A stretch of 64,000 bases of DNA from Paraphysomonas bandaiensis (Eukaryota > Protista > Chrysophyceae): the NCBI GenBank assembly GCA_965644295.1, contig CBFFRP010000357.1, positions 62,001 to 126,000 on the forward strand, in the 5' to 3' direction. The notes under the pieces were generated by a model, which searched no databases, was not told the DNA's origin, and saw only the letters and a program-made list of their open reading frames with translations. Positions 13,594 through 25,541 of the stretch are shown here, one piece after another. Within the stretch, counting starts at the first letter, position 1. Each line of letters opens with the position of its first letter. Made by a program: the position numbers and the translations under genes.

Positions 13594-14139
13594 CAACTAG
13601 TGATATATAAATCGCTATTTATTAACATCATCAGTACATCAGCTCTAAGTATTTTAGTAGCTATTTACCTTAATATTGTGTCCACTGTCTGCAGATGATG
13701 ATGATATACTGTCTGCAGATGATATATGTAATGAATAGAGTGTAGAAAGCCTATCACATAATAGTCATATTATTGAGTAGATCTTGATTCATATAGAGTC
13801 GATATTCATAATAATTGTACATATTCAAACATGGAATATGTACAAGCGAAAGCATATACAATAGAGAGGTCATAGTATAAAATAACCCGATAGCTGGTTA
13901 CTACAAGTAACATGAATATTATTTGCTACTAGGAGTGATATAAACTAACATCACTAGTACATCAGTTATAACTAATGTAATCAGTTGTTATCGTACAGCC
14001 TATAAGGAGTATCCGCTGTCATCATATATGTAATGAATATAGAGTATCATCTGTACAATAGTACTACATTAATTAAAAACATCAGTATATCAGTTATAAG
14101 TAATTTAGTCACTATTTACCTTGTTATCGTGTCCACTGT

Positions 14140-14694
14140 ATGGGGAAGTGGACCAACTAATGTCCCCCAGGGACACAGCACTCTGCAGTTGATGTAACGC
14201 ACATACTGGAAGAATTCCTCACCACGGGTTAATGGCACCGTCGAAGATTCGATGCGAACTTACTCACAGACATTGGTCCAAAGCTAGGAGATATTACAGA
14301 CCCCAACCACCAATGGGACCTACATCAATACATCCTCAGGCGAGACAGCACGTACGCTACACAAACGCAGCGAGACCCGCAGTATTGGACCCGCAGTGGA
14401 ACGAGGCTCCCACACAAACTCCATCCAATCCGCACCCATGACTCCCCTAGCACTACATCACTTTCCCAGACCGCATACGCGAAACGGTATACGTCTGGAA
14501 CAAATCCTATGCAATGGGAAGAAATCGAGTCAAAAGCAAAACCGGGAATGACCAGACAACAGCTGCCGCATGCATAGACTGTAGAATCACCAACCAGAGA
14601 ATATGACAAACCAAGTTAGTAAGACTATAGATATATACATAGCTTCTAGTCACAACCGTTCCCATGTAAAAATAAGATATTCTTATGTCTTATC
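14140..14694 (+). mobile_element. Putative 5'-truncated retroelement (non-LTR-like) 3' end nested in the Ginger element
   Basis: Abrupt switch to C/A-rich sequence. The last ~80 bp resemble 58167-58241 (ttagt.ag.ctat.gat.tata...caaccgttc.catgtaa). No RT motif or TSD seen. Confidence 0.45.
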
Positions 14695-15042
14695 CATGCT
14701 CTCATGAAGAAGGAAGTAGCACTGAAGGGGGATACAGATATCTATCTTGATACTGAAGGCTGGTAGGCTGGAATAGCATCTTGTGGGCTAATAATCAGGA
14801 GCTCTTATGATTCTAGTTATGAGATGCTGTCTGCTGATATCATACGCTGGGAATCCGAGTGGACCTCCTGTATACTTGACTGTATTTCCCGTATATCGTT
14901 TCCTTTCAACATCATCAAACCAGTCGATGAACTGGCACCTGCCAGTTCATCGACTGGTTTATTTTTCTCACGGGTCGTAACATATACATACATACATACA
15001 TACATACAGTACATATGATATGGATATGTATGTATAGCACTC

Positions 15043-15969
15043 ATGGTTGTTCATATTATATCTACAATGTCGGCATCTCTCTATCAAACTATATATACAT
15101 CTTTCCAATCAAATCCTCAACTCTTCTTCACTCTTTGTGTATGTGTCAGTCACACTCTGCCTGTATTACTGCATCAGTTGTTCCTCTCGTTCATAAGATA
15201 CTTCCATCTGTTCAATGAGTGTGCTATCCAGCCAGGAAAGAGTCCTTCATATGCATTAGTCTCTCAATGTATAATCAATTCTATTTTAAATCATTTTATT
15301 GTCATTCCAATCTTCATATGGCTGACATATCCGTTACTGTCTGATGTCCTTCTCATGTCACCAGAAACACTCCCGAATACATCAACAATCATATGGCACT
15401 TAATAGTTTGTATGCTACTGGAAGATTTCACGTTTTATTGGTCTCATAGGACACTGCACCATCCACTTCTATATAAGAGAATCCATAAGAAGGTACTCCG
15501 CAGTTGCCGTTCAGGGCGAATGTCTTGTATCTTGTATCGATATTGCAAGTCATCTTCATTACCTATTATACGCATTTTATACGTATTTACCTGACAGCTC
15601 TATTTGTAGCACCACGAGTTTAAAGTCTTGCATGGTGTGAGTTTGGCGGCAGAATACACCCACCCAATAGAGAGTCTACTCGGAAATATAATCCCTGTAT
15701 TGGCAGGTCCACTGCTGCTGGGAAGCCATCTGTATACATTTTCCTTGTGGCTTTTCTTGAGGATGTGGAAAGCATGTGACGCACACTGTGGTTATGCATT
15801 TAAGTGGTCACCTTTCGGCTTGTGCTTTCCTCTAAATGCTGCAGTTCGACATGATTTTCATCACGAAACTGGGCTGGGGTCATATGGGTCTTTTTTCATT
15901 TTTTGGGACACACTATGTGGGACTGATGCTGATTATTTACAGAGACAAGCAAAGATTAAAGCTTCATGA
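15043..15969 (+). CDS. Sterol C4-methyl oxidase (ERG25/SMO-like), copy 3, complete
   Basis: Exons 15043-15492 and 15610-15969. Translations are identical to copy 2. Confidence 0.9.
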
Positions 15970-16561
15970 TTTATGCAGTATGCCACAAAAATAAATCTGT
16001 ATTCCTGAATTGAAAGAGCAGACGGTAAATATACAAAATTACCTAATGTAAATTGAGTAACAACAGAAATATGGTCGGTATAAATATAAGAAGCACTGCT
16101 CTATTGATATGTTATTTACGATATTTTGATTTTTTCCATGTATGCAGTGGAGTTTCTAGCAGGTAACTTCACATTAGCGATTAGCGCAAGTAATAGTACT
16201 AATTTGCAATGTTGAGTACTTATCGAAAGCTTAGAACAGTATGGCTTGTAGCTTGTAGTAATGCAATACACTTTACAAAATTCAAGTAGTCGTTTCTATT
16301 CCATAACTATTGTTATTATTGAAAAAGGTGAGTTTCGTTTCATGTTGTCACATTTCTTTTTCGTTAGAATGTCACCAGTCTCCAGTACAAATTTTTAGTA
16401 CTGGTATGAAGTATTCGATCACTCTAAAAGTCAAATAACATTTTCCTAGCTAAAAATAACATTGTTCTATATACGCGATCTGGATTTTTGTCCTGCACCA
16501 TTACTTTGGCCATCACATTCACGATGACATCTAAAACACGAGGTTACATAAAAAATACTCT

Positions 16562-18264
16562 CTAGTTCAACCATTTTGGTTTCGACTGGTCAGGGGATCT
16601 CTTTTTAACTTTTTGTTGCATTGCAGCTCCTGACTTAAAGCAGGATTTTGAACCGTTCGTTCTACTGTTTGGAACAGCAAAATTGTTGCTCGCTGGTAAT
16701 GTAGCGGCACTTGTCTTGCCACTTGCTGACCTATCCACTGATCTATCCAATGACACGTCAGCGGGGCCATCAATTGCATTCTCAGAGGACGGAAGCTCAG
16801 CCAAAACCTTTTCTGAAGTATCTGTAGATAACTTTGGCGTATGATTCATCAAAAGAACATTCACAGCATTGTCCATGCCAACATCCTCAGTATCTCCCGG
16901 TGCCAAGCCCTCCTCATCATGTGGGAGAGGATCAGCCGAACCCATGCGCACGAAGTTGCTCCCACCTCGCTGACTATCAAACAGTGCACAGAGTGATGCT
17001 AAGCAACCGCGCCGTTGGCGCTGGTCTGCTTCCTCAGCCTCCTCCCGCTGATTCTGTTGAGTACGCTCTAGACGTGCTTGCAAAGCGAGGACTTGATTTT
17101 TCTCCATCTGTAACGCAGCTGCCAGCGTCGCACATTTAGATTCCGAGCTACACAGATCTGATTTCGCCGACTCCAGCTGCTGCCTGAGAACTAAATTCTC
17201 CTCCTCCAACACCCGGACGTCGTCATTTTCCCGCTCATAGCATGCTGTGAGTTTTTCCTCTGTTGAAATAATATATCATTGTCGAATACCAAAGAGATTT
17301 CTGTAAACGAGATACCCACCTTCCCCTATTGCTGGTACCAGTGGTTTCGCTTTTTCTCGACCCCCTGTCTGAAACTTGATACTACTGCTACTGCTTGAGG
17401 AAGAAAGCGAACGATCTCGTTGTGCCTGCTCTTGCTCTAAGTCATCCTGCCGTCATTATATCAGACGACTAGTCATAGGACAGGCTGAAAAATTAAGCTC
17501 GCATATACGACAGGCATAGCACACAACATACCACAAGGCCTTCTGTATAGTACGTGACGCTCTCTCCCATCTCTGAGTCTGATGCAATGCTTGCACAATC
17601 ATCAGCAGTGCCCTGGAGCAAACAGAGTCATTGCTATATATTATATATTCTGTACTCTCTTGTGCACTATACTTACTACACTAAATATTATAACTCACAT
17701 TATTTTCCAGTTGCCGTGCGGATATAGTTACATCAAGCACCACACCCTTGTCGACGCATTTGGTAAGCGGAAGCAGCTCGTTAGTTTCACCGTACAGCTG
17801 TGCGTAAGTGTGCAGAGGCAACACGGCTATCCCTAGCACCTTGTATGTCGTGTCTGCGCTGCATTTTTCCCTCACCACTAACCGGCCTGCCTTCTCCTAC
17901 ATTTATATAATGGTTACATAAGCTGATATATATATGAGAGAGCTCACCAGAAAGTTATCACTGCTATCCTGATATAACGTGGCCACCACTGAAAGAGTTT
18001 GTTCGAAAGACGCTTCACTAGTACCATTTGGTAAACTCTGAAGATCTGCATCTCCAGTGGACTCAATCTTTCTTCCTCTCTCAAAACATACACTTAATCT
18101 AGCTCCAGGAGCCACACAATGACTGTACTGTGCAGTGATCTTATGAACTATAATACCGTTACATCATCATTAGCATCATGCATCTCATTACCATGTATGC
18201 GATATATGATCTTAACGGATTTAGTTCCTCGTCTTTTATTAAGCTTAGCAACTTTTTTCAACAT
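16562..18264 (-). CDS. NT-type C2 domain (EEIG1/EHBP1-like) plus coiled-coil protein, multi-exon
   Basis: ATG at 18264 (MLKKVAKLNKRRGTKSVKIIYRIH). Later exons give LSVCFERGRK...FEQTLSVVATLYQD and KVLGIAVLPLHTYA, typical of NT-C2. The last exon is coiled-coil (ORF 16562..17212). Internal exon borders were not all resolved. Confidence 0.75.
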
Positions 18265-18605
18265 GTTAATAGTGTTATGTGTGTATGTATGTATGTATGT
18301 ATGTATGTATGTATATGTGCAGGGGCTCGACGATATGTATGTATATGTATGGCTGTAGCTGCTGATGATGATGATAATAAGAGGGGGAGAGAGATCAATA
18401 GATGATCAGATGATCAGGTAGTTGATGTCAATTGCATTAGATGAAGATGGTTGAAAGTGTAAGGGGCTTTATGGGGGATATTTGCAGGCTCTGTGTATCT
18501 TAAACACACATACAGCAGTACATACTCATACACAGCTATATCCCCACCAGACAGGTACATGTACCTCCACATGTAACATATCTATCCTCTATACAGCAGT
18601 ACATC

Positions 18606-18808
18606 ATCTACATATACTGCATACTGCTGTACGTTTCCAGCAATATACTGCATTTACACAAGTACGAATACAGCAGTACAGGTATGTCCAGCTGTAATAC
18701 ACCACTACACAACACCTCTCCACACGTACGTATACAGTCGTACATGTATACTACTCTACAAGTACACGACAATGTTGTATGTGGTCATATCTAGATATGG
18801 TGGACATG
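18606..18808. repeat. Diverged direct repeat, copy A (partner 25270-25541)
   Basis: Shared blocks atctacatatactgcatact, tacacaagtacgaatacagcagtaca, acacctctccacacgta, gtacatgtatactactctacaa and tgtggtca...tggacatg. Confidence 0.8.
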
Positions 18809-19160
18809 GATATGAGAGAAGAGAGCGCAGTATACGGTATAGCAGTACATACATACTGCTGTACTGCTGTGTACAGTCCACAGCCTGAAGATCATCACTA
18901 TGAGTGGCCACTAGTATCATACTAGTGGTATCATGTATCATCCTACATCCACAATAGTGTATCATACAAGTGACATCAACTCTTTATAACTCCATTGTAT
19001 GGGATAACATTATCATTATCCAGGCAGAGAACCCATTGAATGTTACCCCATATAATAGACATACATGTTTGCTGGTTAGATTATATATATATAAGGCCCT
19101 CCCATACACCTCCTTCTCTTCTCTCTTATATATGTTTCTGTATATGTTTATGTATATGTT

Positions 19161-22100
19161 ATGAATCTTTTCATTCGCTGTGTATATCTGTGTACCAGTT
19201 TACTTATTTTTCTATTGATAACACTCACAGTTGCCACACAAGAGGAAGCGCTGTGTGATTTTATTGAGGCAACTAATGTTACCTCCAAACGGTCTGAGTG
19301 GACTTGTGCGGATGTGGGAAATAAATGCACTTTTAGTGGAGTTACCTGTACAGGATCAGATATAACCAGAATATTCGTATATGATGATGGGATATCAGGA
19401 TCTCTCCCCTCATCTATCGGTGATATGACTTCGTTGACTTATTTGGAAATTGGTCGCAACTCTCTCGTCGGCACTCTCCCCTCATCACTGGGTCAGCTGA
19501 CTTCTCTTGTTGATCTCAGTATATCTTACAATTCCTTAACGGGCACTGTCCCCTCATCATTGGGCCAACTGACTTCTCTTAGTTATCTCTTTCTACATGG
19601 CAATTCATTTACGGGTACTGTCCCCTCATCATTGGGTCAGCTGACTTCTTTTAGCTTTCTCTATCTACATGAGAATTCCTTTACGGGTCCTCTACCCGAC
19701 TCTTTTTCCAGTCTATCTAAATTACAACGTCTAAGGGGTGAGGACAATATGTTCACAGGTGTCTACCCTTCCGAGCTATGTACAATGACGAAATTAACAA
19801 CATTCTACCTCACACAAAACACTTACCATGAATGCTTCAGGCCCACATCTGCACCAACTTCTTTCCCTTCAGTACAGCCATCTGGCCCTACAGGACAGCC
19901 ATCTAGTGAACCAACTGGACATCCATCTAGTCAACCTACAGGACATCCATCTGGTCAACCAACAGGACAACCATCTGGTGAACCTACAGGACAGCCATCT
20001 AGTGAACCAACTGGACAGCCATCTTGTCAACCAACAGGACAACCATCTGGTGAACCTACAGGACAGCCATCTAGTGAACCAACTGGACAACCATCTTGTC
20101 AACCTACAGGACAGCCATCTAGTGAACCAACTGGACAGCCATCTTGTCAACCAACAGGACAACCATCTGGTGAACCTACAGGACAGCCATCTAGTGAACC
20201 AACGGGACAGCCATCTTGTCAACCTACACGACATCCATCTAGTGAACCAACTGGACAGCCATCTTGTCAACCTACACGACATCCATCTGGTGAGCCAACA
20301 GGACAACCATCTGGTGAACCTACAGGTCCGCCATCTAGTGAACCAACTGGTCAGCCATTTGGGATCCCAACAGGACAACCATCTGGTGAACCTACAGGTC
20401 AGCCGTCTAGTGAACCAACTGGACAGCCTTCTCTGATCCCAACAGGACAACCATCTAGTGAACCTACAGGACAGCCATCTAGTGAACCTACAGGACAGCC
20501 ATCTAGTCAACCAACAGGACATCCATCGGGCCTTACAGGGCTACCGACAATTAGCCTGGAAGAGTCAGCACTGTGTGATTTTATTGAGGCGACTAATGTT
20601 ACCTCCAAACGGTCTGAATGGACTTGTGCGGATGTGGGAAATAAATGCACTTTTAGTGGAGTTACCTGTACAGGATCAGATATAACCAGAATATTCGTAT
20701 ATGATGATGGGATATCAGGATCTCTCCCCTCATCTATCGGTGATATGACTTCGTTGACTTATTTGGAAATTGGTCGCAACTCTCTCGTCGGCACTCTCCC
20801 CTCATCACTGGGTCAGCTGACTTCTCTTGTTGATCTCAGTATATCTTACAATTCCTTAACGGGCACTGTCCCCTCATCATTGGGCCAACTGACTTCTCTT
20901 AGTTATCTCTTTCTACATGGCAATTCATTTACGGGTACTGTCCCCTCATCATTGGGTCAGCTGACTTCTTTTAGCTTTCTCTATCTACATGAGAATTCCT
21001 TTACGGGTCCTCTACCCGACTCTTTTTCCAGTCTATCTAAATTACAACGTCTAAGGGGTGAGGACAATATGTTCACAGGTGTCTACCCTTCCGAGCTATG
21101 TACAATGACGAAATTAACAACATTCTACCTCACACAAAACACTTACCATGAATGCTTGAGGCCCACATCTGCACCAACTTCTTTCCCTTCAGTACAGCCA
21201 TCTGGCCCTACAGGACAGCCATCTAGTGAACCAACTGGACATCCATCTAGTCAACCTACAGGACATCCATCTGGTCAACCAACAGGAAAACCATCTGGTG
21301 AAATAACTGGACAACCTTCTGGTGAACCTACAGGACTATCATCAAGTCAACCTACCGGACAACCATCTGGTCAACCAACTGGACAGCCTTCTCTGATCCC
21401 AACAGGACAACCATCTGGTGAACCAACAGGACAGCCATCTAGTCAACCTACAGGACATCCATCTGGTCAATCAACAGGACATCCATCTGGTCAACCAACA
21501 GGACAACCATCTGGTGAACCAACTGGACAACCTTCTGGTGAACCTACAGGACTATCATCTGGTGAACCTACACGACAACCATCTGGTGAGCCAACAGGAC
21601 AACCATCTGCTGAACCAACAGGACAACCATCTGGTGAACCTACAGGACAGCCATCTGGTGAACCAACTGGACAACCTTCTGGTGAACCTACAGGACTATC
21701 ATCTGGTGAACCTACACGACATCCATCTGGTGAGCCAACAGGACAACCATCTGCTGAACCAACAGGACAACCATCTGGTGAACCTACAGGACAGCCATCT
21801 AGTGAACCAACTGGACAACCTTCTGGTGAACCTACAGGACTATCATCAAGTCAACTTACAGGACAGCCATCTCGGATTCCCACAAGACAGCCTTCTGCTG
21901 AACCAACAGGACAACCATCTGGTGAACCTATAGGACTATCATCTAGTGAACCAACTGGACAGCCATCTCGGTTTCCCACAAGACAGCCTTCTGCTGAACC
22001 AACAGGACAACCATCTGGTGAACCTACAGGACAGCCATCTAGTGAACCAACTGGACAGCCATCTGGGATCCCTACGGGACAGGAGTTCGATACACCTGAG

Positions 22101-24804
22101 GACTTCCATGCTGTACCATTGGTTGTATCGTTCTTCGGGGCAATTTGGGGCATGGGATTCCTTGCGATGTGTTATATGTTTTCAATGTCAGCGTATGGTT
22201 CCTATAGTGAGAAATTAAAATGTGCGGCAACCCGAGTCCTGACCTCGATAGTACTTCCCAAAAAGTAGTTACCACGGATTCGATGAAAATGCGACTTCAT
22301 TCATATGTAAAAGAAGCTTTCCCGGCAGTGTACGACTCAGAGTCGCCGTGGAGTCGATTGTGGAGAGAGCTTAAGAGCCATCATCGTTACATAGCTTTAG
22401 TTCTCTCGAAGGACTATACGAATACAGTGAACCACAGAATTCGAGTGTTGCTGCACCTGTTAACGACACTTTCTATGCTGATGTTTTTCCTGGCGTTGTT
22501 GTATGACTCAGAGGTAGTTGCATTAATTATCACCATCCAACTATATTTATAATATATAGTGTTTTTCGTAATGCTAATGACATTCGTATAGTACCCAGAA
22601 GACAATGGAAAATGCGAGGCTCATATCACTGCCTCACAGTGTGCAACTGAGAAGTCAATGCTAGATTCATCCCAGAGAGTGTGTCAGTGGGTTGAAGATG
22701 ACGATACGATTGGGGGCTACTCGTGTGTATTTGTTAGCCCTAAGATTACTCTGAAGGTACATAAAGTCTCTTTTCCATCTTAGCATTGATCTTTACATCT
22801 CGTCTGTATGTGTTCATTAGGCTATTATGATTGCCTCTGTTATATGCTCCATTTTCACCACGTTCGGAAATGCAATTATCGATTTTATATTCGACATTCT
22901 AGCTGCTCCCACTGCATGCTACTCTAGGCGAAATGCTGTTGAGCGAATAAATAGTCAAATCCAACGGCGTGTGGCTCCATTTGACATACGAGAGTCCGCC
23001 ATGAATACTAATTTATATGATCAGTTTAGGAGTAGTGTGGGGAGGAAGAGAAAAACGTCGTCTTTCATAACGATTGAATCCGCACGTCACTTGCCATATT
23101 CTTATATTGCTGCCCAGCAGTTGGCGTTATCTTCGCTTGGCAGTATCGTCGCAAAAGTAAATTCAGCCTTACAAATCATTGAAAGTCGTTCAAGTCGTAG
23201 TCAGCGCTTAAACAGAAATGTGGATACGAGTAGTTTCCAGTCCTATTACGGCCTCTGTCCCTTAAGCCAGTGGTCTAAGGGAGTGAAAAGAGTGGCAGCA
23301 ATTCCATCGACTATTCTATCCATCTCAACGGATGATTTATACACAGACCTGTGCAGCGATATTACTGAGCAAATGAGATGCCTAAGAACCGCTGAACAAA
23401 AGGATGCATTTGTGATGGCCTGGTGGTATGTATAACGTTATATTTGTTGCGCTTATAATGTGTTTCTTACGGGCCCGTTTCTTCTTACAGCTTAGCAAGT
23501 AATGATCAATTTGAGCCAGAGTATGCGAGCATTATTGAGAAAACCCTGAAGGAACACTTTGAGTTTGTAAAGAAGGAAGTGGTTCTGAAGCGAAATATAT
23601 TGAATGAAATCGAAGACATATATATTGGTCTGGAGCTGCTCCACATGTTTGTGCTGGATGTCCTCGGAAGAGGTAAAAAACGTTCATATGTTGCACATGC
23701 GATATTGCTATCTTCACCGCAATAAATGTACTTACCTACTTGGTGTATGTAGCTTCACCGGCAGCCAAAATATTTGAGACGAAGTCAGAGGAAAAGTGAG
23801 TGGACTATGATGCGCTAATGAACCGTTGCTGATATCTCATATTTGCTCTGTGGTTGTTTTGCAGATTTCGCCACACATACGTTGTTTCGAATTTTGTAAA
23901 AGGCACTGTGTGGGCTTTGGTTTTGCTGTTGAACCTCTGCTTTATTTTTTACTCCATGTTACGAGGTCTGGGACGAGGACTCGAGTGGCAGATGATGTTT
24001 CTTTTTGCTTGCATTTTGCAATTTCTACTTGAGATTTTGCTGTATGAGACATCTGAAGTCGCCATAATTCATTTTGTCATTCCAAGTTTAGTATGGTATG
24101 AAGTTATGGCTGCTCAAGCTGCACTCTATAATGCAATTGAAAGTATCAGCAATATATCAGAAGAAACGGACGACCTGATACTGGATACGCCTCAGTATAT
24201 GTTTGTATCCGTAAATGTTGCCAAATTTTTCCCGCATCAATTGGAGAGTGCACTTGTGCGGTCCTATCACAGCCTTTATCCGGGTGCACTGACTAAGAAT
24301 TGGAAAGACAGGAGTAAATTTTACTATAGAAGTGGTGTTGTGGTTCCTTCCGGTCAATCTTATTCGAGACGTTTCTCTGTGATAGCTCTGCTATCTCTCT
24401 TGGTTCAACAACTCGGCGCAGTGCGCAGCACTTGGCAGCGCATGATCATTCATCTTCTTCAGCCACTCTTTGTAGTATCTCTGATCATGACGTGGCAATA
24501 TGTATGGCTTCATCCCATATATGTCATTGTTCTACTGCTACTTGCAGTGTATGTCGGATACCGTTATCTCTCCTCGTGGAAAAATCAGGCTGAAGAGCGA
24601 ATTTCAAATAAAGTCGGCCAATGCCCAGCATTGGTGTCACCAGCTGCTTCTTGTGTTCCTGGAGGAGGGAACGCACCGTCTGAAAGTCTGAATACTGACA
24701 GTGCTAATGTAGCCACTGAAGAGGGACACAGTCCCAGTCACCTATTCAGCAGTGACCCTATCCATCAACTAAACAATATAAGCCGGTGTGATCAAGAAAT
24801 CTGA
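19161..24804 (+). CDS. Cell-surface receptor-like protein: signal peptide, 2x(plant-type LRR + P/S/T/G/Q stalk), multipass membrane C-terminus
   Basis: Hydrophobic N-terminus, LxxLxLxxNxLxGxxPxSLG repeats, PTGQPS arrays and a TM near 22115-22185. Downstream exons (22269-22513, 22592-22756, 22821-~23424, ~23491-23672, ~23864-24804) encode more TMs. A frame break lies near 22207-22268. Confidence 0.8.
19850..22080 (+). repeat. Coding 12/24-bp minisatellite arrays (PTGQPSxE) at ~19850-20545 and ~21170-22080
   Basis: Repeated cc[at]ac[at]ggaca[ag]ccatct units encoding a mucin-like stalk. Confidence 0.95.
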
Positions 24805-25269
24805 TAGAGTGGTTTTACCAGGTCTTGTGAGTGAAAAGTAGATATATGATATAGCATTGTGTGACGATTTTGATATGCGTCATTTTACTGGAACTGTGAG
24901 TTGTAGGTAGAATATATGAAAGTTATGATATTGTGGAAGCTTAGACCCCATATATCTGCAGGAGAAAGTTAGATTGAGAAATATGTAGTGGTGTACCTGT
25001 GTATAGGTCTACAGCTCGTATGGTACACACGTGTATATGTACATGTTTCTTGTAGTACACATGGTACATATATGAATACGTAGGGGGGATTGTAGTGCAT
25101 GTAGGAGACTGTCTGAGCGGTTTGGGAGTATGATAGGAACTATGCTATTTCCGGGGGCGCTGTAAGGGTTGTAAAAAATGGTGAACTATTTTCTACAGGA
25201 TTTTCCTTATGATCTTTGTGGTTCCAGAACCAGGCGGGAACTAGGTCTACAACCCTCCGCTAACTTGTG

Positions 25270-25541
25270 ATCTACATATACTGCATACTCCTGTACATAT
25301 CCAGCAGCAGTATACTACATGTACACAAGTACGAATACAGCAGTACATGAGTGTATGTCCAGCAGTACATGTAACACCCAACACAGTGTTGCATATGATA
25401 CACCAGTACACTACACCTCTCCACACGTAGTACATGTATACTACTCTACAATGTATACTGGCACATATAATACTGTATACTGCTGTATGCTACACATACT
25501 CTGTATATGACAATGTCGCATGTGGTCAAATTATGGACATG
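25270..25541. repeat. Diverged direct repeat, copy B (partner 18606-18808)
   Basis: Same blocks in the same order, with extra internal insertions. Confidence 0.8.

Larger units (their letters stand above)
12263..14982 (+). mobile_element. Ginger-type (Ginger2/Tdd, KRBA2/SCAND3-like integrase) DNA transposon, defective
   Basis: 22-bp TIR tgttacgacccgtgagaaaaat / atttttctcacgggtcgtaaca, TGT...ACA ends, flanked by TATA on both sides. Absent from the equivalent site in unit 2. Confidence 0.85.

Noticed and set aside
19828-22218. Overlapping NLQDSHLV and TRWLSC ORFs
   Set aside because: Alternative frames of the PTGQPS coding minisatellite.
25160-25260. agggttgta...tacaaccct inverted repeat
   Set aside because: Only 9 bp, with no TSD or second copy.
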